A stretch of DNA of 64,000 nucleotides from Nitrospiraceae bacterium (lineage in GTDB: Bacteria; Nitrospirota; Nitrospiria; Nitrospirales; Nitrospiraceae). The notes beneath the pieces were generated by a model. It made no database searches. It was not told the origin of the DNA and saw only the letters and a program-made list of their open reading frames with translations. The stretch lies in contig JBBIJI010000016.1 of NCBI GenBank assembly GCA_037446055.1, forward strand, positions 1 to 64,000, given 5' to 3'. Of this stretch, positions 39,626 through 48,672 are shown in pieces. Both the position numbers and the translations under genes were made by a program. Within the stretch, counting starts at the first letter, position 1. Each line of letters starts with the position of its first letter.

Positions 39626-42600
39626 ATGACGTCTTACTTCTATAACCCCAAGCGCAGGCGGTGTCGCGACCAGGCGATGTTCGGCCTGCAAGCTGCGGTG
39701 TTCGCGAGTAGCCTGCTCGCTGCACCGTGGCTTTTTGCGGCCGGGCCGGGAGATCAGTCCCATCAGGGACATGCGACTCCTGTCTCAATGCCGGGCTGGA
39801 CCCAAGCATTGAAGGGCCAGACGGTGGTGGAAAACGCCATCGAGGGCCGCGCGGGCAACGCGGAAAAGATGGAGATGCAGCACCATCGTTTAATGCAGAA
39901 GCTCGAGCAGCAGGCCCAGCAGGATGCCAGGGCCCAGCAGACATCGGGCGCCTTCAACAGTATGTCGATGATGCACCAATATATGGGCCAGGACGGCAGC
40001 AGCTTCCTGCTCATGACGGATGCGGCGAAGGGCGAACCGGTGTTGAGCACAGGCGGTCGTTGCCCGGCCAACGCACCGACCAAGCAGTACGATGTCTCGA
40101 TGATCAACGTCGAGATCACGCTGAACCGGTGGTTGGATTACTATCCCGGTTACATGTACGTGCTGACGGAGAACCTGGACAAGGTTCGAGCGGAGGAGGC
40201 GAAGAACAAAGCGGCACGAGAGAAGGAGGGGTTCGACCCCGGGGCGGTGAACACGGGATTGCAGGGCGATATGATTCAACCATTGGTCCTGCGCGCCAAC
40301 CAAGGCGATTGCGTCAAGATGACGCTCCGCAACCAGATGGAAGGCGAGGATGGGAGTCTGTTCATCCAGGCCTCCAGCATGATCGTGAGCGCGACGGGCA
40401 AGCCGGCGACGACAACCAATCCCGATTCGATCCTGGCGCCCGGCAAGTCGCAGGAATTCGAGTGGTATATCCACCCCCACATGCAGGAAGGGGTGCGGCA
40501 GTTCCATTCCTACAGCCATGACCGCGAGTTGACGGTGCTGGGATTGTTCGGAGCCTTCGTCATCGAGCCGAAGGGTTCCAGGTATCTCGACCCGTTGGGG
40601 ACCGGCCCGGCGCCTGAGGCGAAGAGCGGCTGGCAAGTGATGATTGATAACGGCTCGGGCCCGGATTTCCGCGAGCACGTGATTTTCTATCACGAGGTCG
40701 GGGACGAGGCGTTCCGGCCCCTGAACAAGAAGGGCGACTTCTTGCCCCAGCGCGATCCGCTTACGGACGCCTATCGTCCAGGCGGCCGCGCACTGAACTA
40801 CCGCAGTGAACCGTTCGGTATCGATCAGATGCATTTGCAGCACGAGTACTTCGGGTTCGAAGATGAATCCATGGCCTATAGCGCCTATACCTTCGGCGAT
40901 CCGCCGACGACGATTCCGCGCGGATATCTCGGTGACCCGACGAAGTGGCGTATTGTGCATGGCGGGTCGGAAGTGTTCCATTCCCACCATCCCCACAGCG
41001 GGTCCATCCGTTGGATCCGCAGCCCGCGCGCGGAACCGCAGGACTTCTGGGCCGCAGCAGCGGACGGGCCGATCAAGTACCCAGTGGTTCGTACCAAATC
41101 CGACCGGGTCGATGTGGAAGTCATCGGACCGTCTGAGGCGCTGGATCTCGAGGCCGAAGGCGGCGCCGGGCAGTCTCAGCATTTAGCCGGCGAGTTTCTG
41201 TTCCACTGCCACGTGGCGCACCACTATGTCGCGGGCATGTGGGGCTATGGCCGGGTGTATAACACGTTGCAAGTCGGCCCAGGCCACACCGACACGATGC
41301 CGGACCTCCGGGAGTTGCCGGACCGTCAAGGCCGCATCAAGATGGGCGTGACCTCCGATAAGCTCATCGGCACCACGGTGGACTGGTTCGGCAAGCAGTT
41401 CAAGATCGTGGCGCGCAACCAGAAGACCGATTGGAAAGCCAATCCGGCAGTCGTGAACATCAAGGATTGGGTCGAGATGTATCTGCCGGCGCAGGGCAAG
41501 CCTGGCCATACGGACGACGAAAAGGGCCAGATCATGTCCTATGACGCGACCGTGTGGGATTGGAAGTGGGATGGTGATGTCGCGAAAGGCGAGCGGGAGA
41601 GCACGGCCAAGTATCCGAAGTATCCCGCCGCGGCCAAGTGGGATGACAGCACCAGACCGAACATCCTGTTCGATCCGACAACAGGCAAGATGTCGTGGCC
41701 GCTCTTTAAACCGCACTTCGGCAAGCGGGTGCCGTTCTCGGCCAACCACAGCGGTGCGCCCTGGTTGGAGCCGATCCACCAAGACGAAAACGGCGAGCGG
41801 ACGAGCGAACCGGCGCGGCCTGGCGAAAACGGCCGTTGGAGCTTGTGTCCGGATAATGCCAACACGAAGTTCTACAACATCAAGTTCATCCGGCTTCCCA
41901 TCACCCTGGCCAAGAAGCAGGGGAAGGAACCGCCGATCGTGGACAAGGACGGTCTGATCTACGTCTTGGCCGAGGAAGAAAGGCTGGTTCGGGCCAACGA
42001 CGACCTGAAATATCCGCTCGTGCTCCGCGCGAACGTGTATGACTGCGTGGACTCGATCCTGACCAGCGAGTGGGACGACGACGACTTCACCAACTTTCAG
42101 GCGTCCAAGATCAACATCCATCCGCATTTCTTCCAGTTCGACACGGGGAACTCGGATGGGGTGATCTCGGGCTTTGAATACGAGATGTCGGTCCGGCCCT
42201 ATACCATGCACGAGAAGAAGAACAAGCATGGGTTGCCGGTGCCGATGAACTCCAAGCTGGTGGAGGCAGCGAAAGCCGGTGCGAAGTCGATCAAGATCAA
42301 GATGGCGACCGGTGCGACCAAGTATCACGTGAATACGGAGTTGCAAGTCGGCGCGGACTGCTTGGAGCCCAGCAAGGACACTACGACGTCCTTGAAGCGG
42401 GACGCGAGCTGCGCCGAAGTTGCACGGATCAAGGAAATCAGCGGCGACACGATCACGTTCCACAAGCCGCTGAAGCACAACCATCCGGTGGGCGATATCG
42501 TGACGCCGGAGTTCGTGCGCTATCGGTGGTGGGTGGACGTGGACATGGGGACCGTGTTCTGGCATGACCACGCGTTCGGCGCGACGACCTGGCCGCACGG

Positions 42601-44572
42601 CGGATTCGGCGTGACGATCGTGGAGCCCTACGGGTCGACCTATCATGATCCGAAGAACGGCAAGCTGGTCTGGAGCGGTCCGATCGCGGACATTCACAGC
42701 AGCGAGCCGATCGGCTATGGAGTCAGCGGCAGCTTCCGTGAGCTGATGGTGTCCATCCACGACACGGTGCCTCACACCGTGAACGTGATCCAGGCGGGTA
42801 ATCCGCCCGGACAGCCGGTCGAAGTGGCGCTGGAAGCCGGTAAGACGGTGTCGTTCCAGATGCCGGAAAAGATCCTCAATGCGCCGAATCAGTACATCAA
42901 CGGCGGGACGCATACGACGGGGAGCGGTCTCAACTTCAGAGCCGAACCCTTTGCGCAACGTCTCGCGAACAATCCCGATACGTCCAAGCTGTTCAGCAGC
43001 GCGATCCACGGAGATCCCGATACGCCCTTGCTTCGCGCGTATGTGGGTGACACCGTGGTGTTCCGCCTGTTGCACCAGCTCATGAACGAGTCCCACGTGT
43101 GGACGCTCTCCGGCCATACGTTCCTGACGGAACGGTTTGCGGGAGACGCCAATCGGAAGTACTCGATTCACGTCGGGATTGCCGAGCGGTATGACCTGGT
43201 GACCAAGGCCGGTGGATTCCAAGGCATGCCGGGCGACTACATCCACTTCAATGGCCGAAGCTCGCACTTCGCCGAGGGTGGGTGGGGTATCTTCCGTGTG
43301 CTGGGGAAGCACGCGGACGACCTGATGCATCTGCCGACCGGCACGAAGCCGGTGGAAATCCCGGCCGTGCCGTCGTCAGTGTGCCCGTCCGATGCTCCTG
43401 TGAAGAACTTCAACGTGGTGGCGATGGATCGCCCGATGAAGCTCAACGCGAAGGCGCCGGACGCGATCGAGGTGGACTTCGAGCGTAAGATCGAGATGAC
43501 CGTGCCTGAGGGCAAGATCTACGCACTCGAGGAGGAAGTGACCAAAGTGGCCGGCGAAGTGATGCCGAATCCGCTCACGCTGCGGGTCAACTTGGGTGAC
43601 TGCATCAAAGTAAACCTGAAGAATAAGATGAAGGCGAGCCGGGCGTCGTTCTTCGCGCCGGGCCTGGCCTTCGATCCGAAAGACAGCCTGGGCCTGAACG
43701 TCGGGAACAACCCCGGCGATCAGACGATCGCTCCAGGCGAAAGCCGGACCTACACCTACTACGCGCATCCTGCCAACAAGGAGACGACGTCGTTGGTGTG
43801 GGATGGTGGCAACATCGTGACGAATCCGCGCAATGGTCTGTACGGCGCGGTGATCGTCGGGCCTCGTGGGTCGCAGTATCGCGATCCGGTCACGGGCGCC
43901 GACATCTCGCAGAAGAACTCCTGGAGGGCTGACGTGATCGTCGATGCCAGCCTGCCGGAGAATGTCGGCAAGCGGAATTACCGGGATGTGGCCCTCTTCT
44001 TCCAGGACGAGGACAACATCATCGGAACCGCGTTCATGCCCTATGTGCAGAACGTCGCGGGGCTGACGGCGGTCAACTACCGATCGGAACCGTACAAGTT
44101 CCGCGAGGAGCAGGGGTGCTCGCTGGGCAAGATCTTCCAGCCCTGCGTCGTAGCTAAGCCGGAAGATCCGGTGACGCCGTTGATCGAGGCGCACGCCGGC
44201 GATCCGGTCCGTATCCACGTCATCGGCGCCAACAGCGAGCAAAACGGGATGTTCGGGATCGAGGGCCATGAATGGCCGATCGAGCCCTACATGCCAGGGG
44301 CCGACCAGATCAGCGTCGTGGAGTACGCCGGGTCCGAGACCCTGGATGTCTTCCTCCGCGGCGGTGCGGGCGGACCGTATCGTCAGGTGGGAGACTTCGT
44401 GTGGTCCAACACCCGGTTGCCCTACACGCAATCAGGTCAGTGGGGCTACCTCCGTGTGTTGCCGGTCGGCGACTCCCGGATTCAACCGCTCGGCGCTGCG
44501 GCAATGGGCGCCAAGCGTGCGGAGACTCTACCGGAGCCCCAGGCTATTCCGACGGCCATGAAGCAGGAATAG
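39626..44572 (+). CDS. giant multicopper oxidase-like protein (1648 aa, multiple cupredoxin domains; MofA/MnxG-class size)
   Basis: Shine-Dalgarno AAGGAGG 6 nt upstream. N-terminal RR-containing signal-like segment. Copper motifs HSHHPHSG (HxH), LFHCHVAHHYVAGMWGY (HCH...H...GM), HPHFFQFD and WHDHAFGATTWPHGGFG (HxH). Confidence 0.85.
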   Translation: MTSYFYNPKRRRCRDQAMFGLQAAVFASSLLAAPWLFAAGPGDQSHQGHATPVSMPGWTQALKGQTVVENAIEGRAGNAEKMEMQHHRLMQKLEQQAQQDARAQQTSGAFNSMSMMHQYMGQDGSSFLLMTDAAKGEPVLSTGGRCPANAPTKQYDVSMINVEITLNRWLDYYPGYMYVLTENLDKVRAEEAKNKAAREKEGFDPGAVNTGLQGDMIQPLVLRANQGDCVKMTLRNQMEGEDGSLFIQASSMIVSATGKPATTTNPDSILAPGKSQEFEWYIHPHMQEGVRQFHSYSHDRELTVLGLFGAFVIEPKGSRYLDPLGTGPAPEAKSGWQVMIDNGSGPDFREHVIFYHEVGDEAFRPLNKKGDFLPQRDPLTDAYRPGGRALNYRSEPFGIDQMHLQHEYFGFEDESMAYSAYTFGDPPTTIPRGYLGDPTKWRIVHGGSEVFHSHHPHSGSIRWIRSPRAEPQDFWAAAADGPIKYPVVRTKSDRVDVEVIGPSEALDLEAEGGAGQSQHLAGEFLFHCHVAHHYVAGMWGYGRVYNTLQVGPGHTDTMPDLRELPDRQGRIKMGVTSDKLIGTTVDWFGKQFKIVARNQKTDWKANPAVVNIKDWVEMYLPAQGKPGHTDDEKGQIMSYDATVWDWKWDGDVAKGERESTAKYPKYPAAAKWDDSTRPNILFDPTTGKMSWPLFKPHFGKRVPFSANHSGAPWLEPIHQDENGERTSEPARPGENGRWSLCPDNANTKFYNIKFIRLPITLAKKQGKEPPIVDKDGLIYVLAEEERLVRANDDLKYPLVLRANVYDCVDSILTSEWDDDDFTNFQASKINIHPHFFQFDTGNSDGVISGFEYEMSVRPYTMHEKKNKHGLPVPMNSKLVEAAKAGAKSIKIKMATGATKYHVNTELQVGADCLEPSKDTTTSLKRDASCAEVARIKEISGDTITFHKPLKHNHPVGDIVTPEFVRYRWWVDVDMGTVFWHDHAFGATTWPHGGFGVTIVEPYGSTYHDPKNGKLVWSGPIADIHSSEPIGYGVSGSFRELMVSIHDTVPHTVNVIQAGNPPGQPVEVALEAGKTVSFQMPEKILNAPNQYINGGTHTTGSGLNFRAEPFAQRLANNPDTSKLFSSAIHGDPDTPLLRAYVGDTVVFRLLHQLMNESHVWTLSGHTFLTERFAGDANRKYSIHVGIAERYDLVTKAGGFQGMPGDYIHFNGRSSHFAEGGWGIFRVLGKHADDLMHLPTGTKPVEIPAVPSSVCPSDAPVKNFNVVAMDRPMKLNAKAPDAIEVDFERKIEMTVPEGKIYALEEEVTKVAGEVMPNPLTLRVNLGDCIKVNLKNKMKASRASFFAPGLAFDPKDSLGLNVGNNPGDQTIAPGESRTYTYYAHPANKETTSLVWDGGNIVTNPRNGLYGAVIVGPRGSQYRDPVTGADISQKNSWRADVIVDASLPENVGKRNYRDVALFFQDEDNIIGTAFMPYVQNVAGLTAVNYRSEPYKFREEQGCSLGKIFQPCVVAKPEDPVTPLIEAHAGDPVRIHVIGANSEQNGMFGIEGHEWPIEPYMPGADQISVVEYAGSETLDVFLRGGAGGPYRQVGDFVWSNTRLPYTQSGQWGYLRVLPVGDSRIQPLGAAAMGAKRAETLPEPQAIPTAMKQE

Positions 44573-44650
44573 TACGCATTGAGTCATGAGGACCGGGTGG
44601 TACAGGGGAGGTCCCTCGCCACCCGGCCTTCAGTCTTGTCTGGTTTCTGA

Positions 44651-44695
44651 GGGGGGGGAGCTGCGCGCAATGTGTGGCTCCCCTGTCTTTTTTTA
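44651..44695 (+). terminator. rho-independent terminator after the multicopper oxidase gene
   Basis: Stem GGGGAGC/GCTCCCC with a 15-nt loop, followed by tgtcttttttt. Confidence 0.6.
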
Positions 44696-44713
44696 GAAGT
44701 TAGGAGTTTTTTT

Positions 44714-44790
44714 GAGTTATGAGTTATGAGTGTTGAGTGGGGGCACATGGAAGCTCAGAACCTTCAGCGCAGAACTCATAACTCAGAACT
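44714..44790. repeat. family-1 palindromic repeat element: gagttatgagttatgagtgttgagtgg ... cagaactcataactcagaact
   Basis: Read directly. The two arms are reverse complements built from GAGTTATGA/TCATAACTC units. Confidence 0.65.
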
Positions 44791-44808
44791 TTAGAAAAGG
44801 AGGCCGAA

Positions 44809-45738
44809 GTGAAACAAATCATGACAAAGGCCGTCGTCGCGGTGCTCGTAGCCGGCTGCCTCAGCGTCCCCGCCTACGCCTATGAAGAGGTGACGGTCAC
44901 CGATGGCGGGAGTATCTCCGGATCCGTCACGCTTGTAGGGGAGGTGCCGAAGCCCAAGGGGTACAACCTCACGACGCTGCCGGATGCCATCTATTGCGGA
45001 CGTATCTCTGACGGCAGGGGGTGGCGTCTGCTCCAGCCGTTCAATGTGGGTGAGCACGGAGAATTCCGCCAGGTCGTCGTGTTGCTCCAGGAAATCGAGA
45101 AGGGGAAACCGTTCGGCGCGTACAAGCCTCCTCGGATCGAGGCGCGGGATTGCCGCTTCATGCCGTTCGTGACCGTCGTTCGCGATCACCACGATGTCGT
45201 GGTCGTAAATATGGACCCGGCGATGCACGATATCCAGGCCTATGAAACCTCGCATCTGGGGCCTCGGGTCTTGTTCAACGTTCCGCTTCCCATCAGCCCG
45301 CGGTATCCCCACGAAGCCGGGCTCAGCGCGCACTTCCACAAGCATTACGAAGGCACGCCGATGAACCAAACGGTCAAGATGACCAAAGGCCGCGAGATTT
45401 TCACGATGCAGTGCGGGTTTCACGCGTACATGGAAAGCTGGGCGTTGGTCGTGGATCATCCCTACTACGCGATTACCGACCAAGACGGCCGGTTCGAGAT
45501 CGACGACATTCCGCCCGGCACATACAAGGTCACCATCTGGCATCCCTATGTGCGCGAAACGTACGAAGAGACTGTGATCATCAAGCCGAAAGAGGAGACG
45601 ACCGTCGGCTTCAAAGTCGCTGCTCCGACCGGCCGCCTTTATGCCAATCAAATGGTCGAGAACGCATACGTGCGCTACACGATTACGGAGGACGTTCAGT
45701 CCCAAATCATTCCGACGTTGGAGAAGCAGACGTTCTAG
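44809..45738 (+). CDS. secreted cupredoxin-like protein (amicyanin-type C-x2-H-x2-M site) fused to a C-terminal beta-sandwich domain (carboxypeptidase-regulatory-like)
   Basis: GTG start with AAGGAGG 5 nt upstream. Lipobox VAGC. Motifs HHDVVVVNMDP (candidate His ligand) and QCGFHAYM (Cys-x2-His-x2-Met). C-terminal motif DGRFEIDDIPPGTYKVTIWH. Paralogous to 59356-60177. Confidence 0.7.
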   Translation: MKQIMTKAVVAVLVAGCLSVPAYAYEEVTVTDGGSISGSVTLVGEVPKPKGYNLTTLPDAIYCGRISDGRGWRLLQPFNVGEHGEFRQVVVLLQEIEKGKPFGAYKPPRIEARDCRFMPFVTVVRDHHDVVVVNMDPAMHDIQAYETSHLGPRVLFNVPLPISPRYPHEAGLSAHFHKHYEGTPMNQTVKMTKGREIFTMQCGFHAYMESWALVVDHPYYAITDQDGRFEIDDIPPGTYKVTIWHPYVRETYEETVIIKPKEETTVGFKVAAPTGRLYANQMVENAYVRYTITEDVQSQIIPTLEKQTF

Positions 45739-45746
45739 TGGGCAAT

Positions 45747-45822
45747 AGTCATTCGTCATTAGTCATTGGCGGGGGTCATCGAATTCTTTCACCAATGACC
45801 ATTGACCCTTGACCAGTGACGA
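45747..45822. repeat. family-2 palindromic repeat element (GTCATTNGTCATT / CCAATGACCATTGAC units)
   Basis: Read directly: agtcattcgtcattagtcattgg ... caccaatgaccattgacccttgaccagtgacg. Confidence 0.65.
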
Positions 45823-45837
45823 AAAGGCACAAGAGGC

Positions 45838-46746
45838 GTGGCAGGACCGACACTACATGCCGGATTTGTAAGCCTGATGGCATGGAGCCTACTGTCCGCC
45901 GTCGCGCAGGCCGATCACCTCACGCCGAAACATGACCCCTGGGCGCAGCCCTGGGAGCTGGAGCGGTTGGCGTTGCTGGAGGTTCCCGATGACATGGTGT
46001 TCGTGCCGGCAGGATCGTTCTTGATGGGCAGCGATCCTCGGGTGGATCGCGCGGCTGGGCCGCAGGAACAACCGCAGCGATCGGTCGTGCTCGATGCTTT
46101 TGCCATCGACCGGTACGAGGTCACGAACGTTCACTATCTCCGGTTCGTGTTGGCCACAGGGGCCACGTGGCCGCCGTATTGGACGCAGGATCCCTTCCCG
46201 GAGAAGCAGTCGCGGCACCCGGTCATTGGGGTGAGTTGGGAGGAAGCGGATCGCTACTGCCGGTGGGTGGGGAAGCGTCTTCCGACCGAGGCGGAATGGG
46301 AAAAGGCGGCGCGAGGGGGCGATGGTCGCATCTTCCCCTGGGGCGACGAGCCGGCGGGGTGGATCAAGAGCAACATCGCCCATCCGGGGTCCAAACGAGG
46401 CGTGAAGTATCCCCCGTTGGCGAACGTCGACCGGTATGAGCGCGGCGTCAGCCCTTACGGGGTCTACCAGATGGCGGGCAACGTGAGCGAATGGGTCGCC
46501 GATTGGTTTGATCCTGAATATTACCGGAAAGGAGTCAACGAGAACCCGAGAGGGCCGGCCGACGGCGAAGACAAGGTCTTCAGGGGAGGGTCGTGGAACG
46601 AGGACCCGGAGGTGGCGCGATCGGCCGGGCGGAATGCGGCAGCGCCGGACCACAGGAGTTATCTGATCGGGTTCCGGTGCGCGAGATCAGTCATAAACGT
46701 CAATGGTCAATTGTCAATGGTCAACGGAGGCGGACAAAGTCATTAG
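45838..46746 (+). CDS. FGE-sulfatase fold protein, single-Cys PvdO/NirV-like subfamily, secreted (copy 1); C-terminal 19 aa encoded by family-2 repeat
   Basis: GTG start. Signal peptide ends in AQA. Motifs RGGSWNEDP and GFRCARS. The tail VINVNGQLSMVNGGGQSH is translated from the repeat gtcataaacgtcaatggtcaattgtcaatggtcaac. Confidence 0.8.
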   Translation: MAGPTLHAGFVSLMAWSLLSAVAQADHLTPKHDPWAQPWELERLALLEVPDDMVFVPAGSFLMGSDPRVDRAAGPQEQPQRSVVLDAFAIDRYEVTNVHYLRFVLATGATWPPYWTQDPFPEKQSRHPVIGVSWEEADRYCRWVGKRLPTEAEWEKAARGGDGRIFPWGDEPAGWIKSNIAHPGSKRGVKYPPLANVDRYERGVSPYGVYQMAGNVSEWVADWFDPEYYRKGVNENPRGPADGEDKVFRGGSWNEDPEVARSAGRNAAAPDHRSYLIGFRCARSVINVNGQLSMVNGGGQSH

Positions 46747-46852
46747 TCATCGGTCATTGGCGAAAAGTCTCTCTTGCCACCCAATGACCGTTGACCAATG
46801 ACATCTTCTGCTCCAGTGACCAATGACGATTGACCGTCGACCAATGACCGAA
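46689..46852. repeat. family-2 palindromic repeat element (long copy, about 160 nt)
   Basis: Read directly: reiterated tgaccaatgac/gtcattggtca units on opposing arms. It overlaps the 3' end of the preceding CDS. Confidence 0.65.
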
Positions 46853-46868
46853 ACAAGGAGGCCGAGTA

Positions 46869-47852
46869 ATGGAAGCGAAGAATATGGGTGCGTATAGGAA
46901 GCTTGAGTGGGTCATCAACGCGTTGCTGATCGCGGCAGCGATCCTCGCGCTGGTGAAGGTCGCGTGGGGACTCGATACGCAGGATATCACGGTCGAGTGG
47001 ACCGCTGAAGGGAAGAAGATCGCCGCGCAACGGGTGGCCGACTGGCCGGTCAAGGAGGAGATGGTCCTGGTCCCTGCCGGCGAATTTCTCATGGGCAGCG
47101 ACAAGAAAGTGGATCGCTTGGCGTATCGCTCCGAGATGCCGCAGCGCAGCGTGTATCTCGATGCATTCGAGATCGACAAATACGAAGTGACCGCGCTGCA
47201 GTACCTCAAGTTTGTGCTGGCCGCGAACCGGCCACCACAGCTCGACTGGCGATATGACGGCGGCAACTTCCAGGAAACCATGGCGCATCACCCGATCATG
47301 CACGTGAGCTGGTACGACGCGGACGCCTATTGTAAGTGGGCCGGGAAGCGCCTCCCGACCGAAGCCGAGTGGGAGAAGGCGGCGCGCGGGACGGATGGTC
47401 GGATCAATCCGTGGGGCAACCAGACGGCAGGATTGAGCCGGGCGAACTTCGGCCGCTCGGGACTGTCCGGGCCGGTTCGCGACCGGCCCGAACGGCTGCT
47501 GCTGTATCCGCCGATCATCTCGGTCGACAAATATGAGAACGCCGTGAGTCCCTACGGCATCCATCAGATGATCGGCAACGTGGCTGAATGGGTGGCGGAC
47601 TGGTACCAACCCGATTATTACGCGACGGCTCCGAGCCGCAATCCGAAGGGGCCGGAAACAGGAACGCAAAAAGCCTTCCGCGGCGGCGGCTGGATCGACA
47701 GCACCACCACGATGCGGGCGGCGATGCGGAATGGGACCGACCCCAACACGAAGATGAATTGGCTGGGCTTCCGGTGCGCGCGCGACGCGCAGAATGATCG
47801 GGCCCTATCTGAGTCGCCGCAGGTACGGGTCTCGCGGGCGAGTGGGGAATAA
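46869..47852 (+). CDS. FGE-sulfatase fold protein, single-Cys PvdO/NirV-like subfamily, secreted (copy 2)
   Basis: Strong Shine-Dalgarno AAGGAGG. Signal/TM segment. Motifs MVLVPAGEFLMGSD, RGGGWIDSTT and GFRCARD. Confidence 0.85.
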   Translation: MEAKNMGAYRKLEWVINALLIAAAILALVKVAWGLDTQDITVEWTAEGKKIAAQRVADWPVKEEMVLVPAGEFLMGSDKKVDRLAYRSEMPQRSVYLDAFEIDKYEVTALQYLKFVLAANRPPQLDWRYDGGNFQETMAHHPIMHVSWYDADAYCKWAGKRLPTEAEWEKAARGTDGRINPWGNQTAGLSRANFGRSGLSGPVRDRPERLLLYPPIISVDKYENAVSPYGIHQMIGNVAEWVADWYQPDYYATAPSRNPKGPETGTQKAFRGGGWIDSTTTMRAAMRNGTDPNTKMNWLGFRCARDAQNDRALSESPQVRVSRASGE

Positions 47853-47875
47853 GATTCTCGCTTGGGAGAGGGCGG

Positions 47876-48406
47876 GTGAACCTGGTCGTCCATATCCCGG
47901 AAACGTCGGTCGAAGCGACGCCCTATGTGCAGACACTCATGAAACGGGCGCCGAGCTTCACGATCGAAGGGCAAGACTGGATCGCGATTTTCCCGCAATT
48001 GCCCGATGCCATCGATCTGGCGCTCCAGATCGTGGGTGAAAGCGTCCGCGTTCCGGACGCCTGGGCGAGCATGAACGGACGGCAGATCTCGAGCCTCCTG
48101 CGGCTGTGGGCGAGGCTGGAGTGTTACCGCGAGAGCCTCGATGCGCCGAGCCCTGAAGAGCACTGCCTTCGCAAGGCGGGCAAACACAATCTTCTGGAGG
48201 GCTGCTCGGGCCCGACCTGTCCCGTGTCTTGCCAATTTGTGTGCATGCCATGCCGCGCGGAGATTCAGAGTAGCGGTGTACCGCCCGTCGAAGGGCACCT
48301 CTCGCGCCTCGCAGTCACCGCCGAGGTGGAGTGGTGCCCCAATCTTCGCCTGCCCGAAAACCGGCGAGTAGCGAATAGAGAACAGCGAACAGCGAGCAGA
48401 GAATAG
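47876..48406 (+). CDS. hypothetical protein with Cys-rich C-terminal region (CSGPTCPVSCQFVCMPC); 3' end runs into family-3 repeat
   Basis: GTG-start ORF immediately after FGE copy 2. Seven Cys in 25 residues. The last 14 codons are repeat-derived. Confidence 0.35.
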   Translation: MNLVVHIPETSVEATPYVQTLMKRAPSFTIEGQDWIAIFPQLPDAIDLALQIVGESVRVPDAWASMNGRQISSLLRLWARLECYRESLDAPSPEEHCLRKAGKHNLLEGCSGPTCPVSCQFVCMPCRAEIQSSGVPPVEGHLSRLAVTAEVEWCPNLRLPENRRVANREQRTASRE

Positions 48407-48510
48407 CCATGGAAAAGCTGATAGCGAGTAGCTGATGGCCAATAGCGAGCAACTCCGAGCATCCTGCTCCTGCTGTTTTCTATTCGCTACCAGCTATTCG
48501 CTGTTCGCTG
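48364..48510. repeat. family-3 palindromic repeat element (AGCGAATAG / GAACAGCGA units versus CTATTCGCT / TCGCTGTTC)
   Basis: Read directly: gagtagcgaatagagaacagcgaacagcgagcagagaatagcc ... ctattcgctaccagctattcgctgttcgctg. Confidence 0.7.
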
Positions 48511-48672
48511 TCCCCATCATAGGCCGAATGGCCTATTCCCCTGCCTGACAAGAATCACATTGGATGCCGGAGGCAGTCAAGGCGCCTCTGCGAAAGATTG
48601 CGTAGGCTTGCGGCGCGTGTGGGCTGTCTCGATACATCGACAATTCGACACATCTTACAAAGGAGGAGCGTG

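Noticed and set aside
39890-44431. Long minus-strand ORFs (430, 715 and 351 aa) antisense to the giant MCO
   Set aside because: They lie entirely inside a well-supported plus-strand gene with clear copper-oxidase motifs. Antisense open frames are expected at this GC content, and their products are Arg/His/Asp-rich and domain-free.
45838-47852. Calling the FGE-fold genes genuine sulfatase-maturating formylglycine-generating enzymes
   Set aside because: Only one Cys is present in the C-terminal GFRCAR segment, where true FGE has a Cys pair. All copies carry secretion signals, and no sulfatase gene is present in 64 kb. They fit the PvdO/NirV-like non-FGE branch of the fold better.
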